Shown piece by piece: positions 9,698 to 17,685 of a stretch of 29,386 bases of DNA. The position numbers and the translations under genes were made by a program. This stretch comes from a virus. Lineage: Duplodnaviria; Caudoviricetes. The DNA is taken from IMG/VR virus record IMGVR_UViG_3300048902_000079, positions 1-29,386 of that record; one strand, 5' to 3'. Position 1 is the first letter of the stretch. Every line of letters starts with the position of its first letter. The notes below the pieces were generated by a model. That model was not told the DNA's origin, did no database searches, and worked only from the letters and a program-made list of their open reading frames with translations.

Positions 9698-10208
9698 CTA
9701 TGGTTGTGCCCGCCTCTCGTTCTGAGGTTTCAACAAGGTGCAGGAATTCTGCAGAGAGGTGAAGCGTCTTCGTTGTCTTCTCAACCTTCTTAGTTTTCGA
9801 TGTATCCGGATTCCGATCCAGCAAATCTTGCGCACATCTCATCTGCACTACTTGGGAGTCAGCACTATCCATCAACTCCAAAACCTTATCCAATGCAGCG
9901 TCCGAAACCTCTTGAATCCTCTGCGCCGTCGTCTCAGCCTTCAACTTCAGCTCAGCATCCAGCTTCGAGAACATCATAGCATTGAGATCCTTCAACTTCT
10001 GCTGAAAATCAGGATCCCTCGCCATACGAGTGCAGAGATGATAACTCTTATTTAACGCTGCTGCACACTCTTTTATATTCCGTCCTTCAGCCAACATCCG
10101 AAGCATCACTTCCTTTACAGCCTCGTTGGCTCTAGAACGACCAGTAGTCGGCTTTCCATCCGACGGCTGCCTCACCCGTAGCTCTTCCGAACTCGACAGT
10201 ACTTCCAT
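9690..10208 (-). CDS. terS: Terminase small subunit (HTH plus helical oligomerisation region, ~172 aa)
   Basis: HTH MLAEGRNIKECAAALNKS and motif VQMRCAQDLLDR; overlaps the terL start. Start moved to ATG 10208 because a consensus promoter lies inside the longer track ORF. Confidence 0.7.
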   Translation of the reverse strand: MEVLSSSEELRVRQPSDGKPTTGRSRANEAVKEVMLRMLAEGRNIKECAAALNKSYHLCTRMARDPDFQQKLKDLNAMMFSKLDAELKLKAETTAQRIQEVSDAALDKVLELMDSADSQVVQMRCAQDLLDRNPDTSKTKKVEKTTKTLHLSAEFLHLVETSEREAGTTIDG

Positions 10209-10217
10209 AACCCCTAT

Positions 10218-10246
10218 ATTATAACGGGTTAATGAAAGGCCGGCAA
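10218..10246 (-). promoter_or_regulatory. Sigma70-type promoter for the structural arm
   Basis: Minus strand TTGCCG-17 nt-TATAAT immediately upstream of terS. Confidence 0.7.
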
Positions 10247-10413
10247 CGGGATAATGAAGGGACCTAGGCGGCCGAATGAAAAGAACTGCCAGCTCGCTTT
10301 TCATTGGGCCTTAAGTGTATAACCCCGGGTGTAAAGCGGGTTGCCTTAATACGAGCTCTCCAAACACAAGATTTTTTGGGGACCCGGGGTCGAGAGACCA
10401 GAAAGGAGGTAGG

Positions 10414-10536
10414 ATGCTTACGTTAGAGCAAGAGATGTATTGCAGAGTAGAACTAATTACTACTGCAATAGAGTTGATAGCTGCAGAGACGTTAGGAATA
10501 ACGGATGAAGAGCTATCTCATTACTATTGGCTGTAA
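10414..10536 (+). CDS. Hypothetical protein (40 aa)
   Basis: RBS AAGGAGGT then ATG 10414 (MLTLEQEMYCRV...). Confidence 0.55.
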   Translation: MLTLEQEMYCRVELITTAIELIAAETLGITDEELSHYYWL

Positions 10537-10581
10537 GAATAAAAACGGGGTGATGACCTACATCAGAAATGGAGATCAACA

Positions 10582-10779
10582 ATGAAACTGAACATCGAAC
10601 TGACGAGTGAGCAGCAGAGTAAGATGAAGGAGCTTAAGGCAACAAGACCAGAGAAGACTGATGCAGAGCTGTTGATGCAGATCATCGATAGAGGGTTGTA
10701 TGATCTGACGTATCGCACCAAGAGGAACAAGCAGCAGTGGCAGGAGTTCAGAGCATACAAACAGAGCTTGAAGAGCTAA
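10582..10779 (+). CDS. Putative ribbon-helix-helix DNA-binding protein (65 aa)
   Basis: N-terminal alternating strand MKLNIEL followed by two helices and a basic tail; RBS GGAG. Confidence 0.5.
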   Translation: MKLNIELTSEQQSKMKELKATRPEKTDAELLMQIIDRGLYDLTYRTKRNKQQWQEFRAYKQSLKS

Positions 10780-10781
10780 CA

Positions 10782-10820
10782 CCACTGGATATTGAATTAC
10801 CAACTACCAACGTTTAACAT
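10782..10820 (+). promoter_or_regulatory. Box promoter 1: CCACTGG, TTGAAT-17-TAACAT
   Basis: Box 10782-10788, -35 at 10792-10797, -10 at 10815-10820, followed by RBS and ATG 10841. Confidence 0.7.
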
Positions 10821-10840
10821 TAACTAAAAGGAGAAACACA

Positions 10841-10993
10841 ATGAAGTACACGTATACATGCACGTTGCACGCTAAAAAGTTCCACGTTCACCACGATCTA
10901 ACCGAGAGAGATTATGATGGATCTCTACATCATACGAAGTACTACCTCGTAGCAGATTGTGGATGTGAGATGGAGATAACGATAACTGATTAA
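10841..10993 (+). CDS. Hypothetical Cys/His-rich protein (50 aa)
   Basis: RBS AAGGAG; MKYTYTCTLH...ADCGCEMEITITD; below the track cutoff. Confidence 0.6.
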   Translation: MKYTYTCTLHAKKFHVHHDLTERDYDGSLHHTKYYLVADCGCEMEITITD

Positions 10994-11183
10994 CAAGGAG
11001 TAACACAAATGCTACACATCAGAGCACCACCGTAGTTACAGTACTACCAACAATTGAATAGTAATACGTAAGGGCAGACTACCTCGATACGCCCTAGGGA
11101 AACCTAAAATCGCCCGGGAGGGCGAAGTCTCGGTTGGGGAATCCCAGCGGTGAGTTTAGACCGACGAAGAGCTGCCGACTGCG

Positions 11184-11261
11184 TCCCACTGGAGAGTGCT
11201 GATTTCTAAGAAAAAATGTAGAATTATTTTGTTGCAATCGCCGCGGTGAATTTGCTATAAT
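11184..11261 (+). promoter_or_regulatory. Box promoter 2 plus tandem consensus promoter
   Basis: TCCCACTGG 11184-11192 with TAGAAT 11219-11224; second promoter TTGCAA (11232)-18-TATAAT (11256) with TGn extension. Confidence 0.7.
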
Positions 11262-11307
11262 TATAACAATCAGAGTAGCTCACTACACGAGCGGAAGGAG
11301 TAACAAC

Positions 11308-11607
11308 ATGACTGACAATAAAACTGCGAACGAGTTGGCGCACAGTATTACAACCGAGGCTGCGGCACCAACTCGAGCAATCCGAGACCTAGCGAAGGAG
11401 TTGGGGTTGCCGGAAAAGGACGTGGAGAGCTACCTGTCAAAAATCGCCTACCGGCGTGCCTACAATATGCGGCCGGAAGTTGTTGCAGCACGGAAGGTGA
11501 GGAATGCCGAGAAGGCTGCTGTGCAGAAAGCCATCCGTGAGTGCATCAAGGCTTCGGGGCGCGTTGAACTGCTGAACAAACTGGCGGAAGGGATGGTGAC
11601 GAAGTAA
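11308..11607 (+). CDS. Hypothetical basic helical protein (99 aa)
   Basis: RBS AAGGAG; IRDLAKELGLPEKDVESYL is HTH-like. Confidence 0.75.
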   Translation: MTDNKTANELAHSITTEAAAPTRAIRDLAKELGLPEKDVESYLSKIAYRRAYNMRPEVVAARKVRNAEKAAVQKAIRECIKASGRVELLNKLAEGMVTK

Positions 11608-11786
11608 TGGGGATGCTTAACGACAAGGAAGTTGAGATTGTAGCGATGGCGCAGAGTAAACTTCAGGACTATATCCGGAAGGCTGTGTCGAATAATTCTG
11701 AGAGAGATCAGATAGCGATGTATCACAAACTTGTGAGAGAGGCGATAGTCGGCCTTCTTGCACTAGAACTGGAGATCGATGATTGA
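11607..11786 (+). CDS. Hypothetical protein (59 aa)
   Basis: TAATG coupling to the previous gene; MGMLNDKEVEIV...; below the track cutoff. Confidence 0.6.
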   Translation: MGMLNDKEVEIVAMAQSKLQDYIRKAVSNNSERDQIAMYHKLVREAIVGLLALELEIDD

Positions 11787-12007
11787 AATACAATCACCTG
11801 ATCTTCGGCACGTTCAACATAAAGGAGGTGAGGACTGCAGTCAACTGGGATGAGTGGCAGCGTGTGAGGGTAGAAATGCTGTCGATCTCCACCGAGTGTA
11901 AACTCAAACGATGTGAGAGGTTTCTGCGTGAGACTATGGATGTTGAACGTGCGAAGGTTTGCGTGACGAATTACATCTATGCTCTCAAAAGAGGAGGATT
12001 GTTGTAA
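11783..12007 (+). CDS. Hypothetical protein (74 aa)
   Basis: TTGA overlap, RBS GGAG; ends VTNYIYALKRGGLL. Confidence 0.65.
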   Translation: MKYNHLIFGTFNIKEVRTAVNWDEWQRVRVEMLSISTECKLKRCERFLRETMDVERAKVCVTNYIYALKRGGLL

Positions 12008-12183
12008 TGGAATGGAAGGCTGCTGTACAGTTTAGAGAGATTGGCGAGGCCTGGTGGTGGTGCCAGAGATACACCTCCGGGCCTTGTACTGTAGTGGTGT
12101 TTTCTAACCCCTATGAATGGGATTGTGGGGAGCAAACGTTAGCTAGACAGTATCCTAATGAGTTTTACTTTAACCGACGGTAG
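12007..12183 (+). CDS. Hypothetical protein (58 aa)
   Basis: TAATG coupling, RBS GAGGAGG; MEWKAAVQF... Confidence 0.55.
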   Translation: MEWKAAVQFREIGEAWWWCQRYTSGPCTVVVFSNPYEWDCGEQTLARQYPNEFYFNRR

Positions 12184-12224
12184 ACGGAGATCTACCCGAG
12201 AACAAAGTGGGAGGTAAAACCACG

Positions 12225-12470
12225 ATGAAGTGTTATGTATGTAAGTTTGTCAATCAGGCTGCGGAGGCGCGGCGTCACCCCAACCCAACTACAGTGGCGA
12301 CTGCCAAGTTGCTGCACGCTCGAATGCTACAAGATCGGAAGACTAACCAAGGAAACCTGCGAGCATACAACCACACTTGTTATCCCCATCAAGATTCTTC
12401 ACAACGACAAGTTGATTTACAACGGGCGTTCAAAGATCTTCATGCTGCCTATAAGGTGGTGTTACCATGA
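12225..12470 (+). CDS. Hypothetical putative Zn-binding protein (81 aa)
   Basis: RBS GGAGGT; CYVC ... CYPH. Confidence 0.6.
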   Translation: MKCYVCKFVNQAAEARRHPNPTTVATAKLLHARMLQDRKTNQGNLRAYNHTCYPHQDSSQRQVDLQRAFKDLHAAYKVVLP

Positions 12471-12862
12471 ACCGCCAACAGGATGTAACGCGGCGTGTCG
12501 TCATCGATCTGAAGAAGGTGGAGGGGGAGATACCACGTAATACAACTGGTGATCCTAACTTCATCCACCTCCAGTCTAATAAACAAGCTGATGACGATAA
12601 TGATGATATGTCGTTAGGGGTATTAGATGTGTTTACTCCAGAACAAGTAGTTGCGTTAGTCAACCGCGCGCTGTATCAGATGGAGTATTCTCGTACTTCA
12701 CATCGGGAGAGGTCACAAAAACTCCGTGACCAAGAGCGACCGGTAAAGGAGGCGTTCAAGAGGTTGTTTCCTACCACCTCTTGGGCGCAAGCCACGGAGG
12801 AACAAATTAAAGCAGCCGTTCAAGAGGTTTACAAACCGAAGGGAGAGCAACATGAAGGCTAA
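12467..12862 (+). CDS. Hypothetical protein (131 aa)
   Basis: ATGA overlap, RBS AAGGTGG. Confidence 0.7.
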   Translation: MNRQQDVTRRVVIDLKKVEGEIPRNTTGDPNFIHLQSNKQADDDNDDMSLGVLDVFTPEQVVALVNRALYQMEYSRTSHRERSQKLRDQERPVKEAFKRLFPTTSWAQATEEQIKAAVQEVYKPKGEQHEG

Positions 12863-13043
12863 ACTCACACTCAAATGGGTTCGTCAAACGGCCCTTCACC
12901 ACATCTACGAGATGAAGTTCCCACACCAATCAAGGGCGAGTATCATCTCCATCCCTAAACATGAGAAAGACCCTAACTACTGCCTACCCACAACCAAACC
13001 TCCGAGAGAGTTGGAGGTGGAGATTAGGGAGGTGGGAGAGTAA
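12852..13043 (+). CDS. Hypothetical protein (63 aa)
   Basis: RBS GGGAG; overlaps the previous stop. Confidence 0.6.
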   Translation: MKAKLTLKWVRQTALHHIYEMKFPHQSRASIISIPKHEKDPNYCLPTTKPPRELEVEIREVGE

Positions 13044-13073
13044 CTAACTCCTCAACACGATAGGTAGGTAGAT

Positions 13074-13303
13074 CCAGTGGGAATGCCAAGTTTTGCCAAT
13101 GATGGCGTCTGTAAAAGTAGTTCTTGAGGTTATTGTTTTTGTTGCGAGGTTGTTAATGTTTTAAAAGAATAAAAAAAGCCAAAAAAACAACCTAAGAAAT
13201 AGAAACAAAGAGAAGACAGCAAAGCAACAAAGTAAGAACAATAACAACCTCAAAGGCTATACTTTACGTCGTCATCATAGGCATTTGTAGGCATTCCCAC
13301 TGG
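13074..13303. repeat. Long imperfect inverted repeat around an A-rich core; candidate replication origin
   Basis: Perfect outer 14 bp (CCAGTGGGAATGCC / GGCATTCCCACTGG); imperfect complementarity continues for about 70 bp; non-coding. Confidence 0.8.
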
Positions 13304-13325
13304 CCAAAGGGAAGTTGAGAGAGAC

Positions 13326-13368
13326 CTTCCCACTGGAGCTTGCAAAAGAAAGAAAACAATGGTATAAT
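13326..13368 (+). promoter_or_regulatory. Box promoter 3: CTTCCCACTGG, TTGCAA-17-TATAAT
   Basis: Box ends 13336, -35 at 13340-13345, extended -10 at 13363-13368; RBS AAGGAGGT follows. Confidence 0.85.
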
Positions 13369-13397
13369 TAGCATGTCTTAAAGGAGGTAATTTCGCA

Positions 13398-13772
13398 ATG
13401 CTCGCAGATAACACGTACACGTCCTACTGTTCCCACTGGAGGAAGTACAAAAGAATGATGAGGGAGACGGAAGGGACTCCAGAGTTTAAGTATTGGGAGA
13501 ATCAACTTACTGGAGTGGAGATACGAATCCTCAACGGTGGGAGAGAAATACCAAAAGAGAAAGATGCTCCTCCGGTTGTAATCCCTAACACACAGAAGAC
13601 ACCAGGTTCTCCTCTACCTGCAGCTACAAGTGCTGATGTTGCTTCAGCACGAAAGGCTTATGATTCAGCGAAGAAGTTAGGGGATGTAAAGATGATCGCT
13701 CGGTTCGCTGAAAGGTTGAGGGAGCTTGGAGAGGAGGTAGATAGTGCACTCAGTGAAACCAAAACTGCGTGA
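13398..13772 (+). CDS. Hypothetical protein (124 aa)
   Basis: Strong RBS; first gene after promoter 3; contains a further TTCCCACTGG at 13430-13439. Confidence 0.75.
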   Translation: MLADNTYTSYCSHWRKYKRMMRETEGTPEFKYWENQLTGVEIRILNGGREIPKEKDAPPVVIPNTQKTPGSPLPAATSADVASARKAYDSAKKLGDVKMIARFAERLRELGEEVDSALSETKTA

Positions 13773-14199
13773 GATGCCCGCTAACAAATATGAGGCTAAC
13801 TTCAGGGTTGCTGTTGGGTTTCTGAAGTGGTTTCATCAACATTGCGGATGGCCGGATTATCTTGTTATTAGAGATGGGAAGGTAGGTCTAATCGAGATAA
13901 AAGGACCTGAAGACCATCTCCAACATGACCAAGTAGTGATGTTTGATATACTTACCGCGATAGGCTTAGAGGTTCTTATCTGTAGAGATGGAGATCCGAA
14001 TAAACTTATCACGGTTAATGAATATATCGACTCACTAGGGATGATAAGAGTTGTGCGAGACAACACGCTTTTACTACTCCCAAAACTGAAAGGTGTGAAG
14101 GAATATCTTCACGGTAAGTCATTACCTTATTTCAACCATAGCTGGGTTTTCGAGTACTTGGGGGTGAAAGATGCCAGAAGTACTGATCACCTTAAATGA
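13744..14199 (+). CDS. VRR-NUC (PD-(D/E)XK) nuclease
   Basis: GWPDYLVIRDGKVGLIEIKGPEDHLQHDQ matches the VRR-NUC pattern GxPD...EVKGPxDxLxxxQ. Confidence 0.8.
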   Translation: MHSVKPKLREMPANKYEANFRVAVGFLKWFHQHCGWPDYLVIRDGKVGLIEIKGPEDHLQHDQVVMFDILTAIGLEVLICRDGDPNKLITVNEYIDSLGMIRVVRDNTLLLLPKLKGVKEYLHGKSLPYFNHSWVFEYLGVKDARSTDHLK

Positions 14200-14350
14200 T
14201 CTCCAACACGCTGTGCTGGCGGAGTATGGCACGACGTATATTCATAATAACCATTTTGCTGATGATGCTTTCCCGTTAATGTCTCCTAACGGGTGGATTG
14301 TCATACAACAGTTTTATGCGGATGAAGAACATGGAGGGATGTATGAGTAA
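14171..14350 (+). CDS. Hypothetical protein (59 aa)
   Basis: RBS GGGGTG; MPEVLITLNDLQHAV...; fills the gap. Confidence 0.5.
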   Translation: MPEVLITLNDLQHAVLAEYGTTYIHNNHFADDAFPLMSPNGWIVIQQFYADEEHGGMYE

Positions 14351-14498
14351 ATTACCTTACACGAAAGAAGATGCTGAGTCTGATTATCAGATGTCGATAG
14401 ACCATCCAATTTGCCCTGTGTGTAAAGATTCAGGGTTTTACATCGACTACCAACAAGACCCACCAGAAAGGAAGCCTTGTGAAAATTGTAATGTCTAA
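14343..14498 (+). CDS. Zinc-ribbon protein (51 aa)
   Basis: RBS GGAGG; CPVCKDSG...PCENC. Confidence 0.6.
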   Translation: MSKLPYTKEDAESDYQMSIDHPICPVCKDSGFYIDYQQDPPERKPCENCNV

Positions 14499-14627
14499 CC
14501 CAGCCGGAACGGCTCCATGCAGCGAAGAAGTGCCGATAACAACCAATAGAATCGACGCTTTCACTAACCTCATCAACGAGTGGATAGACACTAACGGTAA
14601 GGTTTTTCACACGAAGGGAGAACAACA

Positions 14628-14843
14628 ATGACAGTAAAGTGTTGTAGGGATTGTGTGCACTTTGAAAAACGAGGACAACTACAAATACCTTGGTGTATGG
14701 GGGTGTTGTTGATGAGAATTCCCAAAGACGCCATTGATACTTTCTACTGTTCGGAATTTACCCGGAGGAACTCCGCAAAGAAGGGCGGTGGGGAGGAAGA
14801 AACCGTAAACAACATCCCTCCCATCCAACGGAGGTTTGTGTGA
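14628..14843 (+). CDS. Cys-rich hypothetical protein (71 aa)
   Basis: RBS GGGAG; CRDCVHF...C...YCSEF pattern typical of small phage Zn proteins. Confidence 0.6.
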   Translation: MTVKCCRDCVHFEKRGQLQIPWCMGVLLMRIPKDAIDTFYCSEFTRRNSAKKGGGEEETVNNIPPIQRRFV

Positions 14844-15073
14844 GAACAGGAGAATTTCACAAATTCCGTGATGAGATAGCAACAAGTGGGTTGAAGGTTA
14901 CGGCTGATATAACTGCACAAAGACGTCAGCCAACACATCAAGGCCGTGGGAAAAGTCGTTCATGCAATGGCAAGATATCTTCACGATGTGGTAAAGATAA
15001 ACACTACCAATGCACTAGTTTATCATGTGGATGCCACTGCCACATACAAAAGCACCTCCTTCCCACTGGATAG
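14840..15073 (+). CDS. Cys/His-rich hypothetical protein (77 aa)
   Basis: GTGA overlap, RBS GGAGGT; C...HYQC...CGCHCH. Confidence 0.55.
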   Translation: MRTGEFHKFRDEIATSGLKVTADITAQRRQPTHQGRGKSRSCNGKISSRCGKDKHYQCTSLSCGCHCHIQKHLLPTG

Positions 15074-15101
15074 AGCTTTTTAAAACGAAGTGTAGTATAA
15101 C
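15059..15101 (+). promoter_or_regulatory. Box promoter 4: CTTCCCACTGG ... TATAAC
   Basis: Box ends 15069; -10-like hexamer at 15096-15101; no recognisable -35. Confidence 0.6.
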
Positions 15102-15180
15102 TGTAATATGGAGTTTGAAATTCACAATTCCGCGGGCCCGAGGTGGTAACACCTCAGAAATCAAACACAAGGAGATCACA

Positions 15181-15501
15181 ATGGCGAGACAAAACGGCGG
15201 TCCCACCTGTCCGAAGGTTGAACGGCTGGAAGAGTTGATGGATTATCTCACTACGGTTAAGCAAGAAACAAGAGATGGTGAAGACGAAACATCAGCAGAG
15301 ATACGTACAGACTTCAACAACACAATTCAAGAGTGTATAGAAGCGCTGGATTACCTCCACACCTCCCTCTCCAACCGGAAATCCTACCATCAAAAACGTC
15401 AGGCAGAACAAAAACTCTTCATGGAGACGGCGAAGAAGCTACTCTCACAGGATGAGCTCGACGCCATCCGTAAACAAGCGGAGCGTGAGATCAATGGATG
15501 A
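15181..15501 (+). CDS. Hypothetical coiled-coil protein (106 aa)
   Basis: RBS AAGGAG before ATG 15181 (MARQNGG...). Confidence 0.7.
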   Translation: MARQNGGPTCPKVERLEELMDYLTTVKQETRDGEDETSAEIRTDFNNTIQECIEALDYLHTSLSNRKSYHQKRQAEQKLFMETAKKLLSQDELDAIRKQAEREING

Positions 15502-15835
15502 CCTCTACGTCAAAGCGCTTGAGAAAAAACTCCAACAATCCTTTACCGCTCCCTGGTGCGAACCGAGAGAACTACGAGAGTTGAAATCCCTCGTTACCGA
15601 GCTTTCAGACCTACTAATGGCTGCGTTGGCGGAGTACATCCGAGAATCTACGCAGACAAATCTCGCGAAGATCGTAGTGTTCTGCAAAAAACTGAAAGCG
15701 CTCGGTTACCACCCCACAATCATCGGAGAGAGGAAAATCCCCAACGGCATCCAGATCTTCCGTGAGGACGTTTGGTTAAAAATCCAGGAGGTGGAGAATG
15801 CAGGAAGAAACCTACCTAATTCTAATCCAGTCTAA
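15494..15835 (+). CDS. Hypothetical protein (113 aa)
   Basis: ATG overlapping the previous gene end (MDDLYVKAL...). Confidence 0.65.
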   Translation: MDDLYVKALEKKLQQSFTAPWCEPRELRELKSLVTELSDLLMAALAEYIRESTQTNLAKIVVFCKKLKALGYHPTIIGERKIPNGIQIFREDVWLKIQEVENAGRNLPNSNPV

Positions 15836-16199
15836 CCGAAACACTCCGACTTTACATTTAGTGAAGTCGGATTCTCTTTATGCCCTCACGCAGAAGTGCA
15901 TCTTTGAATACTGGGATGTGCACATCTTCAAACTCACTGCAGCCCCCATCCAGGCTGCAGTACCTTTCGGTGGGATGAAATTAACACACGTAGCACGAGT
16001 AGAGCCCTCAAACGGAATTATGGGGGCGTTACAGGATGCCACACAAAGAATGGCACATCTACCAGCAATGCAGGTTGAGATAATTACCAAAAAGGCAATT
16101 GAGATGTTAAACTTAACCAAAACACGTCTACTCCACAACTTGGCTGAGTTGGAGCAAGAACCTCAAACGGAGGTTGTAGAGATAGGAGACACCCTATGA
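15798..16199 (+). CDS. Hypothetical protein (133 aa)
   Basis: RBS GGAGGTGGAG. Confidence 0.65.
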   Translation: MQEETYLILIQSNRNTPTLHLVKSDSLYALTQKCIFEYWDVHIFKLTAAPIQAAVPFGGMKLTHVARVEPSNGIMGALQDATQRMAHLPAMQVEIITKKAIEMLNLTKTRLLHNLAELEQEPQTEVVEIGDTL

Positions 16200-16384
16200 C
16201 CAAACCAGCGGACGAGCGGAAGCCACAGAATGAAGTTATTGCAGACGTTTTACGTGAGCAGGCAGACCAGATTCGGAATATGACCTGTCACCCGTCACAC
16301 CAATCTGGCCTTGAGGTAGCGGCAGATCATTTGGAACACGAAGCCAATATGCGAATGATAGCCAAGCAGCGGAGAAAATCATGA
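16196..16384 (+). CDS. Hypothetical protein (62 aa)
   Basis: ATGA overlap, RBS AGGAG. Confidence 0.6.
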   Translation: MTKPADERKPQNEVIADVLREQADQIRNMTCHPSHQSGLEVAADHLEHEANMRMIAKQRRKS

Positions 16385-16668
16385 GTGGGGCGGACGAGCG
16401 GACAGCGAAGGCGCGGGAGCGTAGCTACACAGATCAGGACTGGAAAGAAGCTGCTGAATTGTATGGCAATGCTCTGAAAGAAATCGAAACGTGGAAAGCC
16501 AGAGCGTTAGCCGCCGAATCCGAACATTCCTCAGTCATAAAGGAAGCAAGAGAAGAGTGCGCGAGGATTGCGGAAGCGGAACATGCTTTAGGAACGAATG
16601 GCATTGGTATCGCACGGGCTATTAGAGAAGGCAGCACGGCGGCGATCCGCGCTCTAGGCGAACGGTAA
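16381..16668 (+). CDS. Hypothetical protein (95 aa)
   Basis: ATGA overlap; REECARIAE...IARAIR motif common in phage accessory proteins. Confidence 0.65.
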   Translation: MSGADERTAKARERSYTDQDWKEAAELYGNALKEIETWKARALAAESEHSSVIKEAREECARIAEAEHALGTNGIGIARAIREGSTAAIRALGER

Positions 16669-16678
16669 AAGGAGAAAC

Positions 16679-16900
16679 ATGCGGCTTAAATTTGATTTCG
16701 GCAAGCTCAACTCGAATCACCACGATTGGAGCGATGGCAAGAAAGGCGTGACCATCTACGGGCCGAAGCTCAAGATTGTGATTCTGGAAACGCTGACCGC
16801 CAAAGGGATAAGACGGCTGATTGGACGGCGGCTATGGTTCTACTTTCCATCGGGCGCATGTTGGAACTTTGACGTGTATCTGATTCGCGGCGAACGCTAA
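16679..16900 (+). CDS. Hypothetical protein (73 aa)
   Basis: RBS AAGGAG. Confidence 0.6.
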   Translation: MRLKFDFGKLNSNHHDWSDGKKGVTIYGPKLKIVILETLTAKGIRRLIGRRLWFYFPSGACWNFDVYLIRGER

Positions 16901-16921
16901 AGGGGAGGAGAGAGGAAAACA

Positions 16922-17185
16922 ATGACCATCCGAAAGCTAGAGATTATTCCGAAAGAGCTTGAAGTAAAAATGCAGCTTGTTCGGATAATGACTGATTTGC
17001 GGCAGTGTAAGTTTGGATCGGCCATCGAATTTCTCGAACAGTGTGAAAAGGGGCGATCAATCGTCAAGCAACGGATTATCTCTGGTAAGGATGAAGATGA
17101 CATGAATTGCTATAGATATTCAGTATTGCTCAAACACGGAGAACCCCTGATACAGCTATTTAAAACTATGCAATCCAATCTGTGA
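16922..17185 (+). CDS. Hypothetical protein (87 aa)
   Basis: RBS GAGG. Confidence 0.6.
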   Translation: MTIRKLEIIPKELEVKMQLVRIMTDLRQCKFGSAIEFLEQCEKGRSIVKQRIISGKDEDDMNCYRYSVLLKHGEPLIQLFKTMQSNL

Positions 17186-17270
17186 CGCTGGGGGAATGGG
17201 GTAATGGAAAAGAAGATGACGGTCCTCCGTGGCAGGAACACAGGAGGAGAAGCCTAAATAACAAACTTGG

Positions 17271-17314
17271 CCTTCCCACTGGCCATTGATAAGTTTTTTC
17301 AAATGATTTAATAT
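17271..17314 (+). promoter_or_regulatory. Box promoter 5: CCTTCCCACTGG, TTGATA-17-TAATAT
   Basis: Box ends 17282, -35 at 17286-17291, -10 at 17309-17314. Confidence 0.75.
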
Positions 17315-17358
17315 GGTATCATAAATCGGGTTAAATACACCCTTAAAAGGAGTAACAC

Positions 17359-17676
17359 ATGGCAGATGTAAACACACCACAGATTGATATGGCAGCCATC
17401 CAGGCGGAGGTAGAAAAGCTGGCAAACTCAGGCCAACTTGAAGCCGAATACCTCAAGCTCCGGACACGCCAGAAAACCCAGCAGAAGAAACAGCAGGGCT
17501 CGGGCGCGATGAAGGCTTACCAGCAGAAGAAGAAGCTGATTGAGAAACTCATCCGCGAGAAGATCGCTGCTGCCGGTAAGGCAGACGAGCTCGATGCAGC
17601 CGCCGAGGAAGCCGCTAAGGCGAAACATGAAGAGTGGTTGGCTTCTCAACCTGAAGAGGAAGAAGCTGCAGTCTAA
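17359..17676 (+). CDS. Hypothetical helical Lys/Gln/Ala-rich protein with acidic tail (105 aa)
   Basis: RBS AAGGAG; has its own promoter. Confidence 0.75.
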   Translation: MADVNTPQIDMAAIQAEVEKLANSGQLEAEYLKLRTRQKTQQKKQQGSGAMKAYQQKKKLIEKLIREKIAAAGKADELDAAAEEAAKAKHEEWLASQPEEEEAAV

Positions 17677-17685
17677 CCACCAGTT

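Noticed and set aside
10209-10304. Longer terS start at 10304
   Set aside because: A consensus promoter lies inside this extension and there is no RBS.
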